Shown here: positions 1-11,720 of the stretch, one piece after another | Layout of the letters: every line of letters begins with the position of its first letter | Numbering within the stretch: position 1 is the first letter of the stretch | Assembly: GCA_002633005.1 (NCBI GenBank) | Contig: NMRA01000322.1 | Coordinates: 62,001 to 126,000, forward strand | Source: Phoronis australis | Lineage: Eukaryota; Animalia; Phoronida | DNA: 64,000 nt | Direction: 5' to 3' | Notes under the pieces: model-generated | What the model saw: only the letters and a program-made list of their open reading frames with translations | Database searches by the model: none | Told to the model about the DNA's origin: nothing | Position numbers and translations under genes: made by a program

Positions 1-1676
1 ATATCAATGCCAGTCATGCTCTAGTCGATAGGAGAATCAGGCAGCATGCGTGCAGGTTAGAGTTATGGATGTCTAGTTTTGTCGTAATATACGGCGACGT
101 TGGTCACTACCAAATTTGTCCAGCTTGTCCTTTCCTTACCGATTTTGTGCCGCCTCATTCCGTTTTGTCCCAGATTCTCCTCAGCCCCTGCTCCCTCTGC
201 ATTTCATTGTAAAGTGCTTGGCAATCAAATTCGCTCTAATAATTGACAATAAAATAAAACATCAATTTCTTTCAAATAAATGTTACGTGTATTTGATATA
301 AACTTAGGTATAAACAGACCTAATTCACTTTTCCAAAGAAATTAAATGTTTGGTTGGAAATGTTTGTGACACCAGATTTCAATATTAAAAGTCGTTTACA
401 ATGTACTGTACACGATTACACTTGTGAGCATGCGCCTATAAATTAGAAATATAGAATTTTTCAAACAGACATTGCTCAAGCACTTCATAAACTTAAGTTA
501 GAGGTGTTAATATCATTCAATTATTACTAATTTAGTGTAGCGAGACTTAAATGGGCACTGATTGTTTGCAAAGTATGCTGTGATTAGGGATTTGGATTTC
601 TTTTTTGTTTCTGTCACTGTTTTCACGTTGCGTTGAGCGATAATGAAATGCAACTACATAGGCCTCTATATTGCAAAACGTCCATCACGACGGTGTTTTA
701 GTGCAAGATGAACATTAAGGTGAACCTGCATCTCAACACTTACGTCTAAAATGGCAAAACTTGCTTCCAATATTACAGGATTGGACCATGTTGGCTCAGA
801 CAAGATGATAAAAGATTTATATTTTTTGATTACATGTATATTGTTTTCACTTAAACTTAGTGAGAAAGAATGAACCCGATAACGGCATCCGGAAATTAAC
901 GAATATTCCATTGATTGAACCTCGTGTAGATCGCGAAAATTATGCGCTTAAGAATACATGTATCCTACATGTAAATTGTGCCATTTTGAAACCCTTAGCC
1001 GAGAAATAAGAGCAGGTCTGGCGTCGGAATTGAGGAAGAGACTGGTCATAAACGTAATCCACAGAATTCGAGTATTTGTATGTTTGCTCCAAGTTAAATT
1101 CTATAATGCTCTTGTTGTTCCAATTGCCCGTCAAGTTGTTTTTCACGGTATGTATTCCCGTTAAGTTTCCCAGCTTTACGTCAGCAAGCCAAACTATACT
1201 GCTCAACATAAAACTGTAGAGCAATTATTGCTTCAGTCACTTGCCAACTTGACGTTGAACGGACATCACCTCAGTGACGATCTTCTGTACTTAGTGTGTC
1301 GCCCCGAACCCGGATGACTTTTCTTGTGGTATCAACCTGGCAATGTCTCTCCCTATTTACAATTACCAAGAACACAGGAATATATTCCCATTAGTGAAGA
1401 CAGATGGAGTGTTTGTAAGCAACAGAGAAAGACCTTTAGGTCATTCATTCAGCAGAACAAAACACTTATGGGATGCTAGCTGGAAGATATTACTCGAATA
1501 CGTTTACCGTGGCCGTTTCTGTTTATTACGATGAACACAACTTACCTTTTATCAAACAAAGTCAAAGTCAACTTTGTTTGTATCCGCAGGAACATTGCTC
1601 ATGGCATCTCTCTATTAAACGTAGTTCGGAGATATTGATTTTGAAACGCTGAACTCAGTTTCACCGGAGAAATTTA

Positions 1677-2702
1677 ATGACTACTCGAACGCAAACCCAT
1701 TTGAATATGGCTTCGTTTAATGGATACACCACCAATCGGAGTTGGAACACAACCCAGGCAGAGGGTGTGGTGCACTACGTGTTTTTTGTCGTTTCATTCG
1801 TCGTTACATTTTTGATTATTGTAGCTAACGTTTTCATTATATTCGTTGTTTCCCGGCTTCCGTCCTTAAAGAATCCGTCCGGCTGTTTCATAGTCCAGTG
1901 TGCAATAGTGGACCTGATGACTGGTTTATTCATTTGTCTACCGGCAGTGCCCAGTTCGTTCTACGGTCACTGGGTGTTCGGAGAAATAGGATGCCAGGTG
2001 TTGGGATATCTTGGATCAATAACGATGACATTGTCCATGAATTCTGTGGCAGCCATTAGTCTTGATCGCTGTTTGTTTATTGTCAAACCGTTTGGCTATC
2101 CGAAATTAGTCACTTTTCGACGAACTGCCGTGAGCGTGTTTTTAATATGGTTTTCTAGCATAGCAATTTTCCTGATACCGTTTTTTATTGACAGTTGGAA
2201 GGACGACAAGGGATTTCACTACTGGCCGGGTGCTTACCTCTGCTCTTTCGGATTTGAAAACAATTTTGACTTCCTGATGTTGACGTTGGCACTCGTCTTT
2301 TTGCCAGGGACATTTATTCTCTTTGTGTCTCAGATCATCATGTGTCACATAGCACGTACTGTTCTGTACTCGAATGCCCTAGCCGCCAACAAATTTTACC
2401 ATGAAAGTAGGGCAATGAAGTCATACAAAACGTTCAAAATGATTACGACAATAAGTGTTATTTTCACAACTACGTGGCTGCCAAAGTTTACTTACTCGGT
2501 TGTCCTAGCTACGATGTCAAAATATGGTTCGTCACATGATGATATCCCGTTGTACATTTCCGGTATCGTGTGGTGGCTTGCACTATGCAACAGTTTCATG
2601 AATTTCTTCGTCTATTGTAGTAGACACGCGAAATTCAGAAAAGAGACGAAACTGGTGTTACAACGATTTGTAGTTTTTGTTACTGTATCGCTTAGGTTAT
2701 AA
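1677..2702 (+). CDS. Intronless class A (rhodopsin-family) orphan GPCR, GPR21/GPR52-like
   Basis: 341-aa ORF with 7 hydrophobic segments and N-terminal N-glyc sites. Motifs: TM1 ANV, TM2 AIVDL, TM3 CQVLGY..SLDRC, TM4 W, TM6 TWLP, TM7 WLALCNSFMNFFVY. TM3 and TM7 resemble recalled GPR52 CQVFGY..SVDRY and WLAISNSFCNCVIY. Gly at 3.32 instead of the aminergic Asp. Probable 5'UTR acceptor at 1588-1589; AATAAA at 2951. Confidence 0.93.
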   Translation: MTTRTQTHLNMASFNGYTTNRSWNTTQAEGVVHYVFFVVSFVVTFLIIVANVFIIFVVSRLPSLKNPSGCFIVQCAIVDLMTGLFICLPAVPSSFYGHWVFGEIGCQVLGYLGSITMTLSMNSVAAISLDRCLFIVKPFGYPKLVTFRRTAVSVFLIWFSSIAIFLIPFFIDSWKDDKGFHYWPGAYLCSFGFENNFDFLMLTLALVFLPGTFILFVSQIIMCHIARTVLYSNALAANKFYHESRAMKSYKTFKMITTISVIFTTTWLPKFTYSVVLATMSKYGSSHDDIPLYISGIVWWLALCNSFMNFFVYCSRHAKFRKETKLVLQRFVVFVTVSLRL

Positions 2703-3833
2703 GTGACGTAAGCATCAAATGAAAACCTCTTAATAGTAACGTGTGTTATTTATATCAGCTCTTGTGTCTCTTGAGGTTATACGGCAATGGCAGCGCTTCA
2801 TACACTCAGTGGGTTCTTCCGGATGACTGACATCTGAGGAGAGCTTAGTATCCTATTCTAGGAAAATGGCGACCAATGAAGTGATGGGGCGGAGAGGTTA
2901 CCTGTATCGAGTGGGGTTGTATTGAATAACAAGATCAAATGCCATACAAGAATAAAGTTTCAACTTGGCATTTCTATTAACTGGCCACGGGCCTGACCCT
3001 CAATATTTGCTTTCAACGTTCTGAATCTTATTTCCAACTGACATAGCCACACCTCGATCTTTAACGTTTGCACTTTTTCGGGGGAGCTTACACCTAAACT
3101 CTAAATGCTTACAAGAGTTATATACAATGTAGTCGACAGGTATGCAGCGTGCGGTTGACACGTGAGGTTGTTTTGTGGATACAAATGCAAAGCGTGGCTT
3201 ATGAGGTTCAGCCGTGTAGCCAACACGTGGGATGCACCTATTCGAATTGCGTCACCACTAGCCCAATAACAATAGTCAAATCCTATTGGAAGACGGCATT
3301 TACCGCGAATCGTTCATTGTTTTGAAGACAAAATGTAAAAACAACATAGTTAATATTGAAAAGTGTGAATATTTTGAGATTAACAGGGGAATTTGAGAAT
3401 GGAAAGAAATAAATATTTACTGATGAATGGCAAGAATAGTAGGTTCTGGTTTGCACTCCTACTCAAGTCTTGACAGACAAATGCCACGGTCTGCATAAAT
3501 TTCAGCCAACCTCTGGTGGTAGTTTAAAAAGCAGTAAAATGGCACGTAAGCAAGGGTAAGTAAGATTTGAAACGCCATGATTTGCCTTATAGGTTAGTTG
3601 CCAGTTTAAGGTGATTTTCTTTTTTGAAAGAAGTGAGCAATTAACAAAAATACCGCCTCACGGATTCGATTAACAAAAAATAACAGAGACCAGAACCAGC
3701 TATTCCATTTTGGCCGAACTGATTGTTTTCATTAATTACTTACTGTATGTGGTATTTTGTCTTGGAATTCTTTCGCATTAACCTTGTGCTATCAGATTTT
3801 TCAAAAGCTGCCTTAGCCTTATATTCTTTTTCA

Positions 3834-3837
<4 letters not shown>

Positions 3838-3873
<36 letters not shown>

Positions 3874-3969
3874 CGTGTGTGTGCTCGTATGTGTGCTCGT
3901 GTGTGTGCTCGTGTGTGTGCTCGTGTGTGTGCTCGTGCGTGCGTGCGCATGTGGGCGTCTGCGTGTGTG
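3838..3969. repeat. (GT)n microsatellite grading into (GTGTGTGCTC)n
   Basis: Directly visible. Confidence 0.97.
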
Positions 3970-6210
3970 TTCGTGATCAGTTGTTATTGTCTAGGTGTTA
4001 ATTCATAGAATTATGGCTACGGGTGAACTTGGTGTGATGTCAATGAAGTGTAGAGTAGTCAGTAATATGGAAAACACGAAAGACAGGTTTAATCAATACG
4101 AACTGTTGGTTTTACTGTTTTAAGGACACTCACGTCATTGATGACCATTTGAATGCCGTAACTGCGTAGGCAGGTTACATTGTTTATTTTTGTTGTGGAT
4201 CACGAAGCTCCCTTTAATCTGTGTTATCATTTCGATTTCGAAATTACCTCAACTCACATTGACCTCGAGGGAAAATCTTGCTACTCGATAAATGATCAGA
4301 AATTAACATGATCACATTACTCTTACTGGTATCTAAGGTCCAAATATAGACATTCCTGACCTTTTTAAAGATATGTGTCATATTCTAAAAATGCAAAATA
4401 GGGGATTTTGCAATTATCTATGGGACTGGAATCTAATTCAAAACTTTGACCTGTGCCCGGGGTCTAATCTTTTTAATCGAAATCGAAATTATTTTTGAAG
4501 GTTTTCCGTAGGTGGTGCACGAGTATGTTATTGTTTACGTGGATGACTTGCTAGTTTGATTTTGCACTAGGTAACCTATTTTCAAGTTTTTACTTGAATT
4601 TGTAGCTCCATGAAGTCCTGCTGGACTAGCAACTCATCTGCAATACCCATAACGCACTCGAGGCACGTGCAGTGTATTCTGAGTTTTTATTAAAGCTTTA
4701 CAGAATTTCGAGTTGAAGGATTTTTCTCTGCGTCATTAGGTACTATGATTACACAATACGTAACATCTAAAATGCCAATAAGATGGTGGAAGACGTTAAC
4801 TTCCGGTTTAAATTGGAGGACGCTTGGAGAACACTGTAACACATCCACAAGCACCAAAATGCACATGGAGACTGTCTAGCCCAGTGAAAATACAGGACTG
4901 GAGTTGTTGCACCTTACTTAAGAGGTGGCAAATCGTTTACAATTGTATCTATTATGTTAGTGATGGCAAACTTTTCTGACGCTTCAAGTCCTTCACACCA
5001 TGGCTATAAATGTTTGAATTCGTTGACCAACACATTTGGTATAGCATTTTAAGTATTTATTTTTCAACTTGTGTACTTTTAAATAAGCCCAAAATAATAT
5101 GTGACGTCATCAGGCGATCCGTTCTCCGTCGTTGTGTCGTTCTACACCAGCCGCGAGCCGTAATGGTCACAAAAACTGAGTTCGTCTGAGTACTATGACA
5201 AGTTTGTTCCGTGTGCTTAGGATGCACTAATAGCAATCGGATTAACAATATTTCAATCAGTTTTTGCGTTTCCAAAAGACTCAAATGGCACACATTCTTG
5301 CGTCGGACACGGTTGTGGAGCCAGCGATCAGTTCAGGGGCCACGCTGTGCTCAGCCCATTTTGAACAATCGTGCTTCGATTTGTCGCGGAAACTCATACT
5401 GACTATGTGCCTCACCATCAAGTTATGACTGAGTTATTGAATGTGGTTACAGTAAGTTTCCATCGGTCTATTCTTGTTCAAAATTTTGTTGGAATGCGGG
5501 ATTGCGTGCTACCCACATATACGTTATTGCCCAACCCAACAGCAGAAAATTGGATGGAAATGCCATGCAAATAGTTTGATGTCACGACCCCCAGCCGGCT
5601 CAGAGGTTAGAATCGGACACTGGACCGAAATAATCGACGCTTTCGATTTTTTTCCTGAAAATTATAACGTTTAGTCGTTGGACACTGTCTAATTTAAGGG
5701 TCCGTCTGTTGAACAACGGCACTCGTTTAGTGTGATTCAAAAATGATTCATCTGTGAATACTTTCCTACAAACTGCGGTTGTCGAAAGGGTGATCCAGTG
5801 TCGCCGTATTTATTATTTTGTGCGGCACTACATTAGGTCTATCATGCTAAGTAATGACAGCTATATCACGTTTGTCAGAATTGGTAACAGTGAATTCAGT
5901 TTTTCATTCTGCAATATGCAAATGATTCAGAACTCTGTCTAGACAGCTCAAGTGGGTCCTCTAAACAGTCTTTTGATCGTCTAGACTAATTTCATAGATA
6001 TTCTTGGTTTCAAGCAATTATGAGACCAACATAATGTGTCTGGGTTGGCGCAAAAAATAGCATTTTTCGTCTTTGATCAAATATTGATCTCTCCTGTCGA
6101 ATGTCAGGTTCTTACCTATTCGGAATTAACTTTAGCGTTGATTTACCTGAAAGTGTAGAAATTAACTTTAACGAAAAACTAATGAAGTTGCAAGATACAT
6201 ATTGACCTGG

Positions 6211-6313
6211 CTTACAAGATCATTTACTCCCTTTGACAGTATCACTGTGATCAGGTCTCTCTTACAAGATCATTTACTCCCTTTGACAGTATCACTGTGA
6301 TCAAGTCTCTCTT
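6211..6313. repeat. 50-bp tandem duplication
   Basis: cttacaagatcatttactccctttgacagtatcactgtgatca(g/a)gtctct at 6211 and 6261. Confidence 0.95.
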
Positions 6314-7429
6314 GTTTCCGACGCTGGTTCATTTCCTCCTTCTTATGTCATACCAAATGTTTTCAGTTTTGTCTGGCTTAGCAAAATGGCTGAACAAAGA
6401 GAAATGAACTAGGTTGTAAAGGGGTCCATATCTAACATGCTATATTAACCGGTAAACTCTCCTGATTCTATTTGCTTACTTCAACCAACGATGTTTTGGG
6501 AGATAACAGTGTTACAGCATTACAAATTGTGTGCTAATAACTTTTGTTCTGAGAGAACTGCAGATTTATTACGGTCTGAAGGGTTTGATTACTTCGCCCA
6601 AATTCGGAACATTTAGAAGAATGAAAAGTTTCAGTATTCAACCAGTCTTGTATAATTCCAATGCTGAGAAACCCATATCAGACGATGTAACCCTAAAGCA
6701 GTATCAACCGACAGTGTATAGGGATGAGTCCGCATGTATTTTTTATGGATGTACCGGCCGGGTTGGCTACCTGCTGGGTGAATCAATCTATTTTTATATA
6801 GATGTACTGGCTTGGGGTTGTTACCTGTCAGGAAATTGGTAAGACTATATTTTTGTAGGTGGGCCCGTTAGGGCGGGTACTTGTCACGGTCTAGGTCAAA
6901 AGCCAAGTTTGGATAGGTTGGTCAGCTCTGGCGGGTATCCCTCTATTTACTTTTAAAGGGGTGTCTAATCCCAAAGATATCTTTAGTTGATCACCATTGA
7001 TTGACACAGGTGTGCAGTTAAAATTATGTATACGTTTCCAAGTTTCTGCATGAAAAGCAAATATGATGCTAGTTAACAAAGTGCGAAATTAAACAAGGAT
7101 CTGTTTATATCTAAATACAACAACAGTGTTTTGAATGTTTCCGCATCAGCATATTTCTCCGTTGCCTTCCAAACTTTCACTAAAATCAAGGACAGTGACG
7201 TAGCCAGTTAAATATGCGTTCCACTTAATGACTCAATATCAAGTTAGAATACAAAACAGAACATAAATAGTTACATTATTAGGGTATTCAAATACACCAG
7301 TTCTTTGTCTACAAGTCCAACGGACGTATATGAGTTACAGCATCTCTTGATGGCTAATTGAATGATACTAATAACTTTTAGTAATGCGTGTGAAACTCTT
7401 GAACAAAATCATATTTTTTACATATCACA

Positions 7430-7800
7430 GTACAAAAAGTACTACACAAGTGCACATGCGCATACATGCATCACAGACACACTCGGGATAATATTGTCAA
7501 AGAGGAATATTATACAAATAGATGATTCACCCCACCTTTTAGCGAATAGGTCATATTCACAATTATTACAGAAAATTACTTTTTCAAGCTCGTGATATCT
7601 AGAGAGTTCTTTTTTGAGTAGCTGCAAGCAGGGAACGTTAGAGTTTAATCTCACTTGATAAATGTGATATTTGATCACATTAATAACGTATTCTGCAATA
7701 TGCCTGTTAAACAATACCTCGTGTAAGTTCAGTTCAAGAGATTCACAAATTTTTGATACGACCCAGTTGTTTACAGCCATCTAAAATTTGTAACCTTTGT
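7430..7800 (-). mobile_element. L1/Tx1-clade LINE ORF2 C-terminal remnant
   Basis: ORF 7442..7780 (VNNW..LELNLHEVLF..KYHIYQVRL..PCLQLLKKELSRYHELEKVIF..KRW) parallels the Tx1-type tail at 17867-18537. Confidence 0.65.
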
Positions 7801-8039
7801 ACAAAACCAATACAATTGAACAAGATCTTCAGACTCAGTATTACAAAAAGTACACAAACGTGAATTTGTCACACCAATTTTCTGCAAAAACTATTAGTAC
7901 TAATATAAAAATAATTGCAGGCGGTCTGATACACGTTGTACCAGACGTGCGCAGGCCTCACATGTGGGCCCATTGCACTGATCACCTGGAAATATTTTTA
8001 TGCTTTATTAATATATAGTTAAAACCGAGCTGAGGAACT

Positions 8040-8107
8040 AGAAACCTGGCTCAAGGGTTTAGCAGTGTGACATGGTGGGATTCGAACCCACGACCTCGAG
8101 TTCCACC
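8040..8107 (-). mobile_element. tRNA-derived SINE head fragment
   Basis: B-box GGTTCGAATCCC followed by cccttgagccagg, a SINE body-like motif; no full cloverleaf. Confidence 0.6.
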
Positions 8108-8589
8108 AGTAGTACTAATTAGTCTGTGAATATATCTTATTAAAAACCACCTGAATTTTGTATCTTTAGTAAAATCAACTGCCAATACATTACATTTACG
8201 CCACCGTTCTTCTGACTGCCATATTTAAACAACTTGCCCCTTTAATTACATACTAAGTATTTTCTACCAAGACATGATGAAACGATTATTAACAGTTTGC
8301 TTACATTATTGCAATTAACAACAGCCAAGGAGAAAAACATAAAAGGAGCAAATCTGGTCATAAGTTCACCATTGGAATTTAAAAGTCCATTAGTATACGT
8401 TATGCCCCTTCTATAACATTGTCTTAAAATATTGCTTTTTATCTATTTATAGCTTGGTATTAAACCAAAGGGATTCATAATGAATAGAATGTTTAGTAAT
8501 CTCAAAAGTACCAGATAAATCTTCAACGGCTCAAAAACTTCTTGCCAAAACAATTTTTTGTTCGCTTGGATAATGTTAGATTATTTTTT

Positions 8590-9539
8590 GAAAAAATCAT
8601 TATTCAAAGTTGACAAGTTTAAGTACTTGGGCCTTACTTTAGATTCCAATCTTAAATTTAATATGCACATAGAACATATCACAAAGAAATTATCTAAGAA
8701 AATCGGTGTACTTAAACGGCTAGGCAAATTTCTTAATGCCAGTACTTTTAAGACCCTTTACCATTCTATTATTCAGCCTCATATTGATTATTGTTTACCG
8801 GTTTGGGGGCACACTAGTGACACACTTGTCAGCAAAGTCCAAGTAATCCAAAATAGAGCCGCCAGGGCTATCCTGGGTACTATAATTAGGGACACTAGGG
8901 TTGACGACTTGTATTCCTAGCTGGGATTTATGAAAATAAGACAAAGAAATAAATATCTCTCTGCCTGTTTTATGTACAGATGTATCAATGGCTTGGCTCC
9001 AGCATATCTCAGCAGTGAATTCAATAGCAGCCAGGCTGTATATTCTACACGTTCTTCTGTTGCTGGCAATGTTTATTCTAAAAAAAATTAAAACCGAGAC
9101 GGGCAAGAGATCTTTTATCTATGCAGCTGCTATAATATGGAATTCTTTTAGCCCAGAAATTAAACGGTCCAATTCAATTACTACCTATAAAGTAAATATT
9201 AAAAAGTGGCTGTAATTTAGTTGACCTTTTATACCTTGCCTGTCCTAATCATGTCATTTTTTCATTGTCGTAGATACTCTCACTGTCTAGAATTATCTCT
9301 TAATTTATTTCATCTGTCTTAGTTAAATTTTTACAATTATTTGTCATTTAGTTATTGTCTTAATTCTCAACCTGTTTTAATTGTATCTTTGCTACGTATA
9401 TTTCATTGTTGTTTTATTACTTCATTGTATTTTATTACTGTTTTTCTTGTTGAGGGCCCTCTTGGAAAGCAGTGCTATCACTGAAGAGGTCACCTTCATT
9501 TTAAATATCCCAATAATAAATATGTAAATAAATAAATAC
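8590..9539 (+). mobile_element. 5'-truncated L2/CR1/Crack-group LINE (degenerate RT C-terminus, 3'UTR, (TAAA)n tail)
   Basis: KYLGLTLDSNLKF..HI..K..LY.SIIQPHIDYC..VW..IQNRAARAIL, then stop/frameshift, GLAPAYL..GKRSF.Y.AA.IWN. Ends gagggccctcttggaaagcag..taaataaataaata. Confidence 0.9.
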
Positions 9540-9689
9540 AAGTATAGGCCTGGGGGCCAAAGTACGAGCATATGCAGCACGTTAGAAGCGCCACTGTAGC
9601 GTTATTTTAGTACGTTGTCATTATGAACATTTACAGACTTGCGAAATGTCATTTCTTTGGTGAAAATGTGCAGTCTGATTATACATGTA

Positions 9690-10690
9690 CCAATGTTAAT
9701 AAAGTGATTTAACAGATATTCAACTAACGTGTGTTTGGAGGTCTCTGTTGTATAGTAAATTATGTGAGAGAATTTGCCTTGTACAAACATGTACATGTAA
9801 TAGGCACACGCCTAAACAGGCTGTTTTGAAATTCCTTGAAATATATGGTACAACCTGCAAACAGATTTCATTAAATTCATTGACCACTGAAACATGGGTG
9901 CAAATATTTATAACTAACCTCTGGTGTCTGATGCAGCGGTTATAAGCACAAGCAGAATTTTGAATATGGCAGCTGTAATTTGTGTAAATTATCACTTATG
10001 CAAATTCAGGATTATCTTTAAAACATGAGATAAACTCAAAAATTATCTACATTTAACGCCTGTAAGGAAATTAAGAGCAGAAACAGTATTTGGAATAGTG
10101 GTGTCCATTATTTTTATAAAATATGAAAATTCATCATGCAACAGCTTGCAAACTGATTTCACAGAAACATGGGTAAAGACGTTAAAATTGTTTACTTGGG
10201 GTGCCTAGTACTTCATCCATAAGCAAAAGTAGAATTCTGAATAATGGCGGTCTTAATTCGCATATGTTATGCATATGCTATGCAAATTCACGATGTATCC
10301 ACCAAACGAGGTTCATCAAATTCACTGACCATGGAAGCATGGGTGAAAACATTAAGTAACCTGTCTGCAGTGCTTGGTAAGGGCGCTTTAAGCAACAAAT
10401 AATTTTGAATAATGGTGGCCTTAACTTGCATTAGTTATGCAAATTTATCATGCAACAACATGCACACTGATTTTATTAAACTAATTGACCATAGAAACAT
10501 AGGTACAAATATGATAATTTACCTGTGATGATTGGTATCATAGCTTTTAGAACAAGTAAGATTTTGAATAATGGCTAATGGCGGCCTTAATTTGGATAAA
10601 TTATGAAAATTGACGATGTATCCACCCAAAAACTTTCACTGTTAAATTCGTTGACAATGGAATTTTGCATAATGGCGACCTTAATCTGTA
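9690..10690. repeat. Degenerate tandem array, ~165-bp unit
   Basis: Recurrent aaattcattgaccatggaaacatgggt (9872, ~10160, 10318, 10478) and ttttgaataatggcggccttaat (10235, 10403, 10562, ~10665). Confidence 0.75.
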
Positions 10691-10949
10691 TTATTTTAAG
10701 AAATGCTCAAGGGTTGCGAACGGTCACCCCCCCCCCCCCTAAATTATGATGAACTATGCCTAGGCTACATGAAACAGCAAAGAAAAAACTTTATCCGACA
10801 AATCCAGATTATTAAATAAAAACAGCATTTGGCTCCTGGACTAGTTACTGAAAGTTGTATATTGATGAATGATTCGCGATTTATTGGTGTAGAATCTTTT
10901 CTATTGGTGTTGTATGTCGATGACCTGAGAATTATAAAAGTGGGTGGCC

Positions 10950-11720
10950 AATTGTCAGTAGCATACATGTGTAAATTCATTGTAATAACCAAATGCAAAT
11001 CATTAATAATGGGCCTACTATTGAACTTTGAGGAATCCCAGGGTATTTTTGATAATGTAAATTAGATGTTAGTTTACGTGACGAATTGTGATTCGTTGTA
11101 TAAGTATCAAGAACATTAAATCAGCTAACTGTTAAAAATGTCACATTTTCATAATATTAGTAACCATGCATTGTCCTCTATGGTGTCAAATGCATTGGAA
11201 AGGTCCATGAATAGTACTATTAAATCGTTATTAATTTCTTAAATTTTGTTCAGAAAGTTCAAGGGCTGCTTGCTCAGTCGACTGATTTGCACTAAAACCA
11301 TATTTACATGTAAAAGTGTAAACAAATCTCGCTGTGTAAAATACGCTGGTGTAAATTTGTTCTTATAAAAATGTTTTTTAAAAATTGGAGACAAATTAAA
11401 TGCTTGATATACGACGATTATTGTTCAGCGTGTTTAGGATCGAAGTCCTTTTCTTAAAGGTAGCATAAAATTTATAGATTTAATTTGTCCGGGGAAAAGA
11501 CAAGTGTTCAAAGATCAAGTGATCATAAAAATCAAAGGTTTTAATAATATTTTTGAACGATGTTTTAAAAATTACTTGATGGTCCGTCAATCGAGTGGGA
11601 GGATTTAGAGTTGAGGTTTTTAGTATGCCTTCAAACATAATCGACAAATATTTCCTTCAATTTACGTGTGTTGGCTAACAACTGCAATTTTTTTAAATTC
11701 ATTAAACGGGTTGCTTGTCA
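10950..11720 (-). mobile_element. Degenerate LINE reverse-transcriptase fragment (CR1/L2-group)
   Basis: Minus-strand pieces YGFSANQSTEQA, FMDLSNAFDTI, GIPQSSIVGP, INDL and MYATDN match RT motifs in the right order, with many stops. Confidence 0.85.

Noticed and set aside
3723-4001. Cys/Val-rich ORF (also ORFs at 18067-18360 and 27994-28278)
   Set aside because: Translations of (GT)n/(CA)n microsatellites
6802-6838. Possible adhesion-GPCR TM4 exon (VLAWGC, followed by gtaaga)
   Set aside because: Too short, lacks the GWGxP proline and the hydrophobic run, and looks like a local degenerate repeat
8026-8052. Hammerhead-like CTGAGGA..GAAA
   Set aside because: No stem II; lies in or next to the reverse strand of the SINE
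8060-8107. tRNA gene
   Set aside because: Only the B-box/T-arm is present, followed by SINE-like body; no acceptor stem or D-arm
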